Shown here piece after piece: positions 38,777 through 47,562 of a stretch of DNA of 64,000 nucleotides (position 1 is its first letter; every line of letters starts with the position of its first letter). The position numbers and the translations under genes are program-made. The stretch covers positions 1 to 64,000 of the IMG/VR virus record IMGVR_UViG_2718218393_000006; one strand, 5' to 3'. This stretch comes from a virus (taxonomy: Duplodnaviria; Caudoviricetes). Below the pieces are notes generated by a model. That model saw only the letters and a list, made by a program, of their open reading frames with translations, was not told the DNA's origin and did no database searches.

Positions 38777-39673
38777 TCACCCTGGAGAAAATACGACTTC
38801 GACATAACTAAGTGTGTTCGGATGCGCCGGCCACGGGCAGGCCTCGCGGCTGGGATACACGCCTGGGCCTAGCCCGTAGCGGTCGGCGGTGGCATGGATG
38901 TCGCACACATCGCGGACGCGATGGTTAGGCGACAGCCGAAACCTCACCCCCACCACCCCATCGGTCTGAAACGCCGCGCCCATATAGGCCTCGCCGTGGG
39001 CGCGGTTGATCTCGGTGCGGAACACCCGCTCCGCCTGGTACACCACCCCCTTGCTGTTCACCGGATCCGCCTCGCCCGTCATCAGGCTGCGCACCCGCCG
39101 GCCCAGATTGCCACCGCGGGCGCCGTTGTAGGCGCTGGCGATGTCGGCCGGCACCCCCTCGCCGCGGCCCATGCTGTGCAGCATGGCCTGGTGGGCGCTC
39201 TCGCCATTGATTACGGCGAACTGGACATGGTCGGTCAGCACCTGGGCGGCGTTGCGGTTCAGTCGCCACAGGCGATCAGACAGCTGCAGGCCATCGGCAG
39301 CGGTGAAGGAACGGACGAATGCGACGGCGGAATGGTTGACTGCGAACAGGGTGGATTCCGGCAGCGCGCCGGCGAACACGCAGGCACCCAAGCGGGCGGA
39401 CTGCTCAATCTGGCGGTACAGCTGGCCGTCCCGCCGCTCTTGCAGTCGGCGCAGCTCCTCGCGGACATGGGACAGCACGTTCTGCAGCCGCTCCAGCCCC
39501 ACCCTGTCGTCCTGGCCGGCCGCGCGCTGGATATGTTCCGCGATGGCCTTGGCCGCTTCGCCGTAGGTGTCCAGCAGGTCTTGCGCGGACTGGTCGCCCA
39601 GCTGGTTGCGCTGTTCCACCGCGGCCAGGGTGGCGGCGCGGATCAGCGCGGCGCGATCGCGGTTAGCGGCCAT
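38777..39673 (-). CDS. Head morphogenesis / minor head protein (gpF-like)
   Basis: LSDRLW, RVFRTE, PAHPN motifs; follows the portal. Confidence 0.75.
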   Translation of the reverse strand: MAANRDRAALIRAATLAAVEQRNQLGDQSAQDLLDTYGEAAKAIAEHIQRAAGQDDRVGLERLQNVLSHVREELRRLQERRDGQLYRQIEQSARLGACVFAGALPESTLFAVNHSAVAFVRSFTAADGLQLSDRLWRLNRNAAQVLTDHVQFAVINGESAHQAMLHSMGRGEGVPADIASAYNGARGGNLGRRVRSLMTGEADPVNSKGVVYQAERVFRTEINRAHGEAYMGAAFQTDGVVGVRFRLSPNHRVRDVCDIHATADRYGLGPGVYPSREACPWPAHPNTLSYVEVVFSPG

Positions 39674-41021
39674 GGCCAATGTCCGTCGCGCTTTCGCCCT
39701 TGCGGCCGTTGCCCGGCGTGACTTTGACGGTGGGCGCGGCGGCGGCCGGCTCGGGGTATGGGTCATAATGCTTGGCGTCGCTGTCGCGGCGGGCCTCCAC
39801 CGTTGCCGGGTTGTAGCCCACCTCCTCCCACACCATGGAGTGCGGCAGGCCCAGGGCTTGCAGCTTGAGAGCGCGGTCTACCGTTTGGGTGGCGGTTTCG
39901 GTGCGGCGCTCGGCGAAGGTGACTTTGAATTCTTCCGCATCCGGGTTGATGCCCTTGAGCAGCAGCTGCAGGCGGAAGCCGAACTCGTACACCCAGGCCA
40001 GGGTGTCTTGCAGCTGGTCCACCTCGTCGTAATAGTCCCGTTTGAGGTCTTCCAGGATGTCCCGCGCCATGCCGTCGGTGTAGCCCATCAGCCCCTTGGG
40101 CAGCGGGGTGCCGGCGAAGAAACTATCCAGCAGGTAGAGCACGTCCTGGATCTCGCCCAAGGCGGCGTCGCCTTGCACCGCCGTCACCGCGCCTTTCTTG
40201 TTCAGGTAGAAATCGGTCTGAATCAGCTCGGCATTGGCTTCCACGCGGTCCTGGTAGGCCTGCAGCTCTACCTCTGTGGCGCCCTCCAGCACGTGGGACA
40301 GCCGCAGCGGCGCGCGGTGTTTGCGGCGGATCACCAGGTCGGTGTCGGTCATGCGCAGCTTGCGCCAGATCTCGCGGCTGGCGTCCAGGAACGGCCGGCC
40401 CAACGCGCCCATGTCGTCGAAGTTTTCCGGGTCCAGCCGCGCCAGGGTGAGCTGCCACAGCGGAAAGCTGGCCAGCTCCAGGCCGTTGCTCAAGTCCATC
40501 TGGGTGTAGGCGGCGCGCGGGTCGAGAAACTGGCCGTTGACGCCGACATTGGGCCGCATGGTTTCGGTGGGCATGCGCACGGCGGAGACGACATTGCCGG
40601 CGACGTCCAACACCCACTGCATCGGCAAGTTGCCTTCCTTCAACAGGCCGCGAGCGTCGCTTTTCAGCTTCTCCGCCCGATCCAGCTGCAGCCGGCGGAC
40701 GAATCGGTCCCACTCGGCGCGCAGCGGGCTGGCCGGGTCGGTTTGCAACAGCACCAGGCCGCCGCGGGTAACGTCCCGAGCCACGCGGGCATGGATGCGT
40801 TTCACCCGGCCGTCCGCCTGGTCCATCTGGCGGATGTCCAGGATGGTGGCGCGCAGGTCGTAGTCCACATGGAATTGCCGGTACATGGCGCGGATCTGGT
40901 TCTCCGGCGTGGAGCGGCGGCCGGTTTCGCTGGTGGGGCCGATGGTTTCGCCGGGGAGCGCGGGCGCCGCCGCGGACTTTTTCAGGCCCAGCCGGGCCAA
41001 CAGGGTTTCAAGCATCGCCAT
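39663..41021 (-). CDS. Portal protein
   Basis: 452 aa after the terminase; G.PFL...R..W motif; synteny. Confidence 0.75.
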   Translation of the reverse strand: MAMLETLLARLGLKKSAAAPALPGETIGPTSETGRRSTPENQIRAMYRQFHVDYDLRATILDIRQMDQADGRVKRIHARVARDVTRGGLVLLQTDPASPLRAEWDRFVRRLQLDRAEKLKSDARGLLKEGNLPMQWVLDVAGNVVSAVRMPTETMRPNVGVNGQFLDPRAAYTQMDLSNGLELASFPLWQLTLARLDPENFDDMGALGRPFLDASREIWRKLRMTDTDLVIRRKHRAPLRLSHVLEGATEVELQAYQDRVEANAELIQTDFYLNKKGAVTAVQGDAALGEIQDVLYLLDSFFAGTPLPKGLMGYTDGMARDILEDLKRDYYDEVDQLQDTLAWVYEFGFRLQLLLKGINPDAEEFKVTFAERRTETATQTVDRALKLQALGLPHSMVWEEVGYNPATVEARRDSDAKHYDPYPEPAAAAPTVKVTPGNGRKGESATDIGHGR

Positions 41022-41235
41022 GGGGTGCGTCCTCGATCGGGGTTACGGACATCACATTGCGCCAGCCGTGAATCATGCCGGCGTCCAGCAGGTCGCGGAT
41101 CAGTTGGTCGTCGCCAAACGCCTCGCGCCAGGCGTCGCGCATTTGGGCGGCGCGCTGGCGCTGCGCCGGGGTGAGCGGCGGAGGCGGCGGCAGGGTTTCG
41201 TCCAGATGGGCGCGCTTGTATTTGCCGTAGCTCAT
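41008..41235 (-). CDS. Hypothetical protein
   Basis: Overlapping start/stop packing. Confidence 0.55.
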   Translation of the reverse strand: MSYGKYKRAHLDETLPPPPPLTPAQRQRAAQMRDAWREAFGDDQLIRDLLDAGMIHGWRNVMSVTPIEDAPHGDA

Positions 41236-42890
41236 CGCATGCCCAGCAGTTGGTCGGTGGTCATGCCGCGGCTAGCGATCACCGTGGGGGTGTAGCTGGC
41301 CACGCCGCGGGTGAGCAGCGCCCAGACGCCGGCGCTGGCGGCGTCGAACAGGTCGTCGCCGATTTTCGGGTTGGCCATTTTGTAGCTGTTGTAGCTGGCG
41401 CCCTGCACCGCCTTGGACTTGATATTGCCCAGCTGACGGATGAACTTGCCCCAGTCGCTGGCGTCGGCCTGCACCTGGTCCAGCGCGGACGGGCCCCAGT
41501 TGGTGTTGGCGTGGTTCTTGGCGCGCAGCGCGTCGGTGCCGTCGTCCACATAGGGAATGGCGGCCTGGCCGTTGTGGAAGGCGGCGCGCAGCGCGCTGGC
41601 CATGCTGTGCTTGGTCATGCCCTCGAATCGGATCGGTGCGAACGGCCAGTGCTGCCAGGTGCTGGCGGTGGATTGGCCATCGCCTATGCTGCGGCGGTCT
41701 ACCTCGGTCAGACCCTGGGCGAACAGCTTGTCGTTGAGGCTGGTGAGCATGCCCAAGCCGTAGGCGTCGCCCATTGCATAGTCCGGCCTGAAATATTCCC
41801 ACAGGCCCAGCAGATCGCGCTCCACCACGGCGTCGTCGGTGCCGGCCGGCCAGGTTTTCACATAGGGGAAGGTAATGAAGTTGCCCACCTGCTCGCACAC
41901 CACAAGCGCGGAGCAAGAGGCGTGCGCGCTCTCGCCGTGGCCGGAATGGTCATAGCCGAAGGACAGCAGGCCGCGCTTGCGGTAGCGCTGGCCTGGCAGC
42001 GGTCCGGCGGCCTGCAGGCCGGCTTGCAGCCCCACCGCCATGGCGCGGCGGATGTATTTCTCCCAAATCCAGTTTTGCGCGGCGGCGTTGATGCAGAGGA
42101 ACTGGCGGATGTATTCCGCCTCCGGCAACTGGGACTGCATCTCCAGCACGAACGCCTCGTTCAGGATGCCCAGCTCGATGCCCATGTACACGTCCACCGG
42201 CGGCAGGATGTGGTAGCCGCCGGTTTCGATCAGGTGGCTGAGCACGTCCGCGCCCTTGTGAACGCCGGTAATGCGGATTTGCGGCTTGAAGCTGACGCCC
42301 TGGTCAACGCCCAGCCGGCGCGCGGAGCCCAGCATGGGCAGGAAACGGGAAAACAGCCGGTCGGCCGGCATGTCGTCTGTCTCTTCCAGGCTGGCGAAGC
42401 TGATGCCGTCACCGTCGATCTGGCTCATGATGCCGTAGCAGCTGGCCTTGCTGCCGTTGGCGAACTGGTATTTCAAGTCTGCAATCTGGCGCCGGCCGCT
42501 CTTGTAGGCCACCCAGCCGGTCAGGATCTCGGAACGGCGGATGGCGTCGAGGTGGTAGGTGATGTTGGTCTGGCTCTGCTGCAGCCGCGGCGCGACGATG
42601 CCCTCTTCCTGAAACGGCGTAGTGGCGAGGAATTCCAGCGCGTACATCTCTTTGACGGCCGTCTTGCCCGTCCGCCGGCAGCTGAAGTCCACCGTATTGG
42701 GGTTGGCGTCCATCTCCAGCATTTTCAGCACCTGCATGGGGTCCAGGTCCACGTTGTGAACGTGCTTGGCCCATAGCGCATGGGGCCGAATGCCGGTGGC
42801 CGGGTCCGGCCGGGCGTAGCGCATCACCTCGGTTTCTGCGCGGTGCTGGATCTTGATGCGCTGGGCGGCGCCGATGCGCTCGCCGCTCAC
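41232..42890 (-). CDS. terL: Terminase large subunit
   Basis: Walker A CRRTGKT; Walker B ASLEE; nuclease acidic motifs GYD, GD and DDLFDA. Confidence 0.85.
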   Translation of the reverse strand: MSGERIGAAQRIKIQHRAETEVMRYARPDPATGIRPHALWAKHVHNVDLDPMQVLKMLEMDANPNTVDFSCRRTGKTAVKEMYALEFLATTPFQEEGIVAPRLQQSQTNITYHLDAIRRSEILTGWVAYKSGRRQIADLKYQFANGSKASCYGIMSQIDGDGISFASLEETDDMPADRLFSRFLPMLGSARRLGVDQGVSFKPQIRITGVHKGADVLSHLIETGGYHILPPVDVYMGIELGILNEAFVLEMQSQLPEAEYIRQFLCINAAAQNWIWEKYIRRAMAVGLQAGLQAAGPLPGQRYRKRGLLSFGYDHSGHGESAHASCSALVVCEQVGNFITFPYVKTWPAGTDDAVVERDLLGLWEYFRPDYAMGDAYGLGMLTSLNDKLFAQGLTEVDRRSIGDGQSTASTWQHWPFAPIRFEGMTKHSMASALRAAFHNGQAAIPYVDDGTDALRAKNHANTNWGPSALDQVQADASDWGKFIRQLGNIKSKAVQGASYNSYKMANPKIGDDLFDAASAGVWALLTRGVASYTPTVIASRGMTTDQLLGMR

Positions 42891-43846
42891 TGCTCGCCCC
42901 CGTTCTGCTGCTGGTATTCGATCAGCACCGGGTCGCGCTGCTTGCGGGCGTTGGCGCGGTCGGCCAAGGCTTTGAGGGCGGCCATGGACTCGGCCTGCTT
43001 GGCGGCGTAGTCCTCCAAGGACAGCGTGCGCGGGCCGTCGCCGGCCGGCGCCAGGCGGCCCATCTGCTGTTCTTCTTGCTCGATCGCCTTCGGCGTCATG
43101 CCCATGTCGGACAGCGCCAGGTTGTTGCGGGACAGAAATTCCTGCAGCGGCTTGAGCAGCGGGTGCGCCTTCGTCTCCATGATGATGCGCTTCTCGCCGG
43201 TCTCGAAATCAGCGTACTCGCCGATCACGATGTCGCCCTCGCGCGTCACCGCCCAAGCCGGATGCTCGAGCTTCACGCCGTCGGCGATGATGGTCTGCAG
43301 GATCTGCTGGATGATGGCGGTGATGCTGGCCTGGATGGACGAATAGATGGGCGTCAGGTGCTTGGGGTTGCGCTGTTCGAAGGCGGCATGGTGGACCATG
43401 AAGAGCTGGGTCTGCTTGATGCAGGCCGGCTGTTTGGCGCAGTAGCCGGGGTCTACGTCGCAGCTGCTGCAGGCGGGATATTTGCCTGGCCGGGCCGGGA
43501 AGTACTGTGCCGTCTCCGCCGTCATGCCATGCTTCAGGGCGTTGAAGCGGGTGCGCAGCGCCTCCTCCGGCGTAGGGTGGCCTTCCAGGTTCTTGGCGCT
43601 GGCGGCTTTGCCAGCCGCCGTGCGCGGCCCGGTGGCGCTCGCCCAGGCCTTCACCAGCGATTTGTGGAACGGCGCCTGCGCCGCCTCCTCGCCGCAGCGG
43701 GTACAGTCCGCGAAATAGGCGAAGGGGTGGTGTTCGAGCTCGGGGGCATCCTCAACCCGCCCCGGCGCGGCGTCAAACGTGTTCGCGCACGCCGTGCAGC
43801 GGAAGGTAAGTGATTCGAGCTGTTTGGAAAGGTCGCGCTTGGCCAT
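42887..43846 (-). CDS. Putative terminase small subunit with Zn-finger-like motifs
   Basis: Upstream of terL; CxxC pairs; ATGPRT..GK..S and NALKHG motifs. Confidence 0.65.
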   Translation of the reverse strand: MAKRDLSKQLESLTFRCTACANTFDAAPGRVEDAPELEHHPFAYFADCTRCGEEAAQAPFHKSLVKAWASATGPRTAAGKAASAKNLEGHPTPEEALRTRFNALKHGMTAETAQYFPARPGKYPACSSCDVDPGYCAKQPACIKQTQLFMVHHAAFEQRNPKHLTPIYSSIQASITAIIQQILQTIIADGVKLEHPAWAVTREGDIVIGEYADFETGEKRIIMETKAHPLLKPLQEFLSRNNLALSDMGMTPKAIEQEEQQMGRLAPAGDGPRTLSLEDYAAKQAESMAALKALADRANARKQRDPVLIEYQQQNGGEQ

Positions 43847-43852
43847 GCTGGT

Positions 43853-43891
43853 ATTTCACAGCATGGCCGGGGGTGGGATAAGGGGGGGATT
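43853..43891 (-). promoter_or_regulatory. Late-promoter-like motif copy 3 (CCCCTTATCCCACC + TGAAAT)
   Basis: Same motif and spacing as copies 1 and 2. Confidence 0.55.
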
Positions 43892-43928
43892 TGGTTTAAG
43901 AAGAAGGGATAACGACAGAACATCCTGT

Positions 43929-44855
43929 TCATGGTTTGGTCTTTACCAAACTCATCAGCGCAGACAAGAGTTCCTTTTCATTTTGCTGAGACTGACGAAG
44001 CCGCTCAATATCTTGAGTGGTTTCACCTTTTTTCAAAATACCATTTCGCTCTGTAAGAGATAGTGAGATTAATATCTTTGCAGTCGAGGTTTTATCCTTC
44101 AACTCTACCGCCTTATTGAGCGCAATAAATTTTGCCTCAAGATTCGTCAATTCATTCTGATAATATTTAATATCTTGCAGACCAGCACTGTAAAGCTTCA
44201 AAAAGAAAAATGAAAAAATCTCAATAAAAACACTCAACATAACACGAGGAGCATAGTGGGCAAGTACCTCTGCCATTGTTGAAGATCCACCATTATCCCA
44301 AAGAACCACATACACCAAAAGCCCAACTGCAACAGCACTTGTACCCACCCCAATCATTAGGTTTAAATTTCCTCTTCGACTTAACGACGAAATCTCATCT
44401 TTTATCCTCACCTGAATGGAGTAAAAACTTTCCTCAACGCTCCAATTAAAAACATCGTCTGAATCGGCAGGTGGAGTTGGCGCATCAATCCGCTCAATCA
44501 ATGCATCATCGACAAAATCTTTGTTTTCTTTTTTGTGAAACGGATTCACTCCCATAAGATATTGATACACAAATAACAACACAAATAAAAAACCAGAAGC
44601 AATCCCCAGAAATGCAATCCAATCACTTTTAAACTTAATCGAAGTCAAACTCAGATAAGCAAGTGACAACGCCGAAACCGATAAAAAAACAAAGAGATAA
44701 GCAACTGCACTCCGCCTTCTTTTCTCATACTCAGCAGCAGCAACCTCTGCCTTCCTGTACTCCATCTCCTTACGTATTCCTTTTATAGACTCATCATGAA
44801 TATCACCCAGCGCCACGGATCTCTTCAATGATTCTGGCATTCCATCTTGCCCCAT
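43929..44855 (-). CDS. Multi-TM accessory membrane protein, putative defence
   Basis: Four TMs; RGNLNL.IG...IEIFSFFFLKLY...IKYYQNELTN; low GC. Confidence 0.75.
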   Translation of the reverse strand: MGQDGMPESLKRSVALGDIHDESIKGIRKEMEYRKAEVAAAEYEKRRRSAVAYLFVFLSVSALSLAYLSLTSIKFKSDWIAFLGIASGFLFVLLFVYQYLMGVNPFHKKENKDFVDDALIERIDAPTPPADSDDVFNWSVEESFYSIQVRIKDEISSLSRRGNLNLMIGVGTSAVAVGLLVYVVLWDNGGSSTMAEVLAHYAPRVMLSVFIEIFSFFFLKLYSAGLQDIKYYQNELTNLEAKFIALNKAVELKDKTSTAKILISLSLTERNGILKKGETTQDIERLRQSQQNEKELLSALMSLVKTKP

Positions 44856-44920
44856 ACTCCCCTCCTATAATAATTAACACTTGCCGAAATTAAATATTTT
44901 CACTTTGCACATAAAACCCA

Positions 44921-45415
44921 TCAGATGTGAATTTCAATAATTTCCTTCACTCGCTTCGTCTCTAAAACAACATCTAACGCCTCAGACAGCCTAATGCGAA
45001 CGGCATTGAATGATAACCCTTGACCTGCTAGCTGTCGAATATAAGTATCGCGCTGATAATGTTCATAACTACGATAACGACGCAGCGTCAGCTCCAACCC
45101 TCCCTTGGGATGCCGCCACTGTTCCTCAGCATCTAAAATGCGCCACATAGCCAGAAAGGCATCCATTCCGATCTCCGCCGCCACCTTCTGCCAACAGTGG
45201 TGCATGCCCATCGCGCGCAGCTCATCCAGCCGCGGATCCCGCGCGCGATTTTTTTTGGCTCCATCGTGAAGTTCGGGCGGATTGCAGACATCCAGGTACC
45301 CGCCCCCCCTGGCCGGACCGGCCGTGAGCCCTTGCCTACCCCCCACCCCATAAACAGTCCTACTCGCAACAGAGTCAGACTGTGCAATTCCTGTGGTTTG
45401 ACTTCGCTTTTCCAT
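44921..45415 (-). CDS. Mor/C-like late transcription activator
   Basis: VAAEIGMDAFL...GG.ELTL...RDTYIR pattern; upstream of the terminase operon; start uncertain. Confidence 0.6.
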   Translation of the reverse strand: MEKRSQTTGIAQSDSVASRTVYGVGGRQGLTAGPARGGGYLDVCNPPELHDGAKKNRARDPRLDELRAMGMHHCWQKVAAEIGMDAFLAMWRILDAEEQWRHPKGGLELTLRRYRSYEHYQRDTYIRQLAGQGLSFNAVRIRLSEALDVVLETKRVKEIIEIHI

Positions 45416-45628
45416 ATCGCCGCACCCTCCAGACACCCCGTGTTGCCGTCCAGCCACTTCGCTTTTTGTTAGAAGGCGAAGTGGCAGCCCCTGGACAGCA
45501 ACAACGCTTTGATTTCGATTTAGCCCGTTTTGAAGCCTACTTTGAGAATCTGCTGCAACCCTCTCGGCACGGCACTCTCACCTCACAGCCAGTTACCGCC
45601 ACGGTGACTTGTAAGAAACAAAGCCACC

Positions 45629-46645
45629 TCAACGCGCGCCCGTTGGTTTGCGCGTCATCTCCCCCAGCAGCTGGCTAACCGGAGTGGAGACCTTGCTCAA
45701 CGGATTCGCTTTGTCCACGCTGCCCGTCAGCTTACGGATTGCCAGGTGGGTGTAGATGCTGGTGGACTTCGGGTCCGCGTGCCCCATCAGCTGCTGACGC
45801 TCCAGGACGTCCACCGCCTCCTCCGCTAACTCGGTGCCGTAGAGGTGGCGCAGGGCATGAGGGTGCAGCTGCGCCGCGGGAATCCCCGCCGCCATGCCAT
45901 GGCGCCGCAACATGGCAAATGCCCCCCGCGTGGAAAAGCGGCGGCGCTCGCCGTAGTACTCATGCGCCGGGCAGCGTCGGTTCCGGGTAGTCACGAACAG
46001 CACCTGGTCGCCATCCTCGGTGCCGCGATCGATCTCGGCCAGGCCAGGGTGCTCCAGGTACACGCGCAGCAGCAGATCCGCCTCCCGCGGGACTGGAATC
46101 AGGCGTTCCTTGTCGCCCTTCTCGATCGGCCGGATCGCCATCCGGGTTTCACCGTCGATGGTCTGCGTGGTCAGGTGCCCCTCATTCAGCCGAACCAGGC
46201 CGCTGATACGGACGCCGCAGCCGATCAGCACCGCCAGCATGGCCGCATCGCGCACGCCCTCAAAACGGTTGAAATCCGGGGCCCACATCAACCGTTCCGC
46301 GTTGCTCAACTCCATGGCGGTGGGCAACTTGCGCGGCTTGCGCGGATACGGGATCGAGGCGGCCGGGTCTCGCGGGATCGCCTTGCGCACAGACCAGAGA
46401 TATCGATACAGCTCGCGGATGCAGGCAACGTATGGCGTGCGGCTCACCGGCGCCAGGTGCAGCGCCTTGTGCAGGTATGGACCCGTGAAGGCCAGCAGCT
46501 GGTCCCCGTCTATGATCAGCGGATCTCGCCCATCCAGCCAGTCCTCAAACCTCTGCAGGATGTCGCGGTATGCCCGAATGGACCGATCCGCAAGTCCCTT
46601 GTTATCAGCTTTGAAGAGGAGAAACTCTTCCATCAGTCGATTCAT
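45629..46645 (-). CDS. XerC/D-like tyrosine recombinase
   Basis: SAM-like N-terminus (KGLADRSIRAY); GVRISG, EKGDK, HPHALRH, MGH and SIY motifs. Confidence 0.9.
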   Translation of the reverse strand: MNRLMEEFLLFKADNKGLADRSIRAYRDILQRFEDWLDGRDPLIIDGDQLLAFTGPYLHKALHLAPVSRTPYVACIRELYRYLWSVRKAIPRDPAASIPYPRKPRKLPTAMELSNAERLMWAPDFNRFEGVRDAAMLAVLIGCGVRISGLVRLNEGHLTTQTIDGETRMAIRPIEKGDKERLIPVPREADLLLRVYLEHPGLAEIDRGTEDGDQVLFVTTRNRRCPAHEYYGERRRFSTRGAFAMLRRHGMAAGIPAAQLHPHALRHLYGTELAEEAVDVLERQQLMGHADPKSTSIYTHLAIRKLTGSVDKANPLSKVSTPVSQLLGEMTRKPTGAR

Positions 46646-46682
46646 CACGGCTCCAAAAAAGGGACCCACTAGCAAAATAACC

Positions 46683-47040
46683 TGTGGAATTGTGGATTGC
46701 CGCCGAAACCCGGCTAAAACCCTGCCCAATCAACATTTTACCATTCCACAAAATCCACCAAAACAGGGTTTTCTGGGTTTTGAAACTGTGGGTCAAAAAA
46801 TAGGCAGCACTCCGAAACCGTGGATTGCCCTCACCTCCTTTTTTCTCCGCTTTCTTTCTCTTTCTCTTTGATTTTTTAAAAGAAAAAAGAAAGAAAACCA
46901 AGGGGCGACTGAAATCGCGCTGTGGAGAAATCGGCAATTCCGTGGAATAGAAAATGAAACCGTGGATTAAAAAACGAAACCGTGGGCATGCTTTTCAGCA
47001 AAATCAATGACTTGCAACGGACCAGCGTTCAAATCCACGG
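46683..47040. repeat. Iteron-like YGTGGA repeats around an AT-rich tract (putative replication origin)
   Basis: About 11 copies in both orientations, e.g. AAACCGTGGATT at 46815 and 46957; T-rich/A-rich tract at 46835-46898. Confidence 0.6.
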
Positions 47041-47323
47041 GATTTTCTTGATTGCATGCCATGGGTTTTGCTTGAGCAAGCCAGCCGGCCTGTCCGTCGC
47101 CTTCTGGAGCTGGCAGACGGTTAGGCAGACGGTAATTGATGCAGTAGCAAAGGGGCAGAAACGGCAGAAAGGGATTGTGAAAAGCGAAGTCATAGAGCCG
47201 GGAAATCATTTCCGCATCGGGAAATACGATGCAGCTGTGACAATGGTTACAGAGGGCCATAAAATGTGACATGCGGAAATGAATACTTGATAATTCATTG
47301 ATATCATTGATTTGTCGCGTAGA

Positions 47324-47381
47324 CTTGAAAACCGTCGTGGGTGCGAGCCCACCGTGAGTTCGAATCTCACCGCTTCCGCCA
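47324..47381 (+). tRNA. 3' half of tRNA-Ser(UGA): att-site remnant, not a full tRNA
   Basis: CTTGAAA anticodon loop, long variable arm, T-arm GTGAGTTCGAATCTCAC, ends CCGCCA; no 5' half upstream. Confidence 0.88.
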
Positions 47382-47523
47382 AATTCTAAGCCGTCCATAC
47401 CCGTGCAAATCAGCGTATAACGCTTATCTGGCAAGGGCTTGGGCGGCTTTTCATTTTCTCGCCTTGCGCTGCTTTGCGCCGCTTTACGTGGTTCCTAGCG
47501 CCCCAAATGCGCCCCAAGTTTTC

Positions 47524-47546
47524 AACCCGCCCATGGCGGGTTTTTT
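47524..47546 (+). terminator. Intrinsic terminator
   Basis: AACCCGCC-CAT-GGCGGGTT followed by TTTT. Confidence 0.7.
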
Positions 47547-47562
47547 CATGCCTGGAGAAAAC

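Larger units (their letters stand above)
1..47381 (-). mobile_element. Prophage 1: site-specifically integrated myovirus with Mu-like tail; left att lies outside the window
   Basis: Integrase/excisionase at the left edge, then immunity, tail, lysis, head and terminase modules, ending at a 3' tRNA-Ser fragment; no MuA/MuB transposase seen. Confidence 0.9.

Noticed and set aside
47052-47063. 12-bp match to the reverse complement of a tRNA-Ala(GGC) anticodon arm (possible relic attP)
   Set aside because: Too short to distinguish from chance
47324-47381. Functional tRNA-Ser gene
   Set aside because: The 5' acceptor strand and D-arm are missing; it is an att remnant
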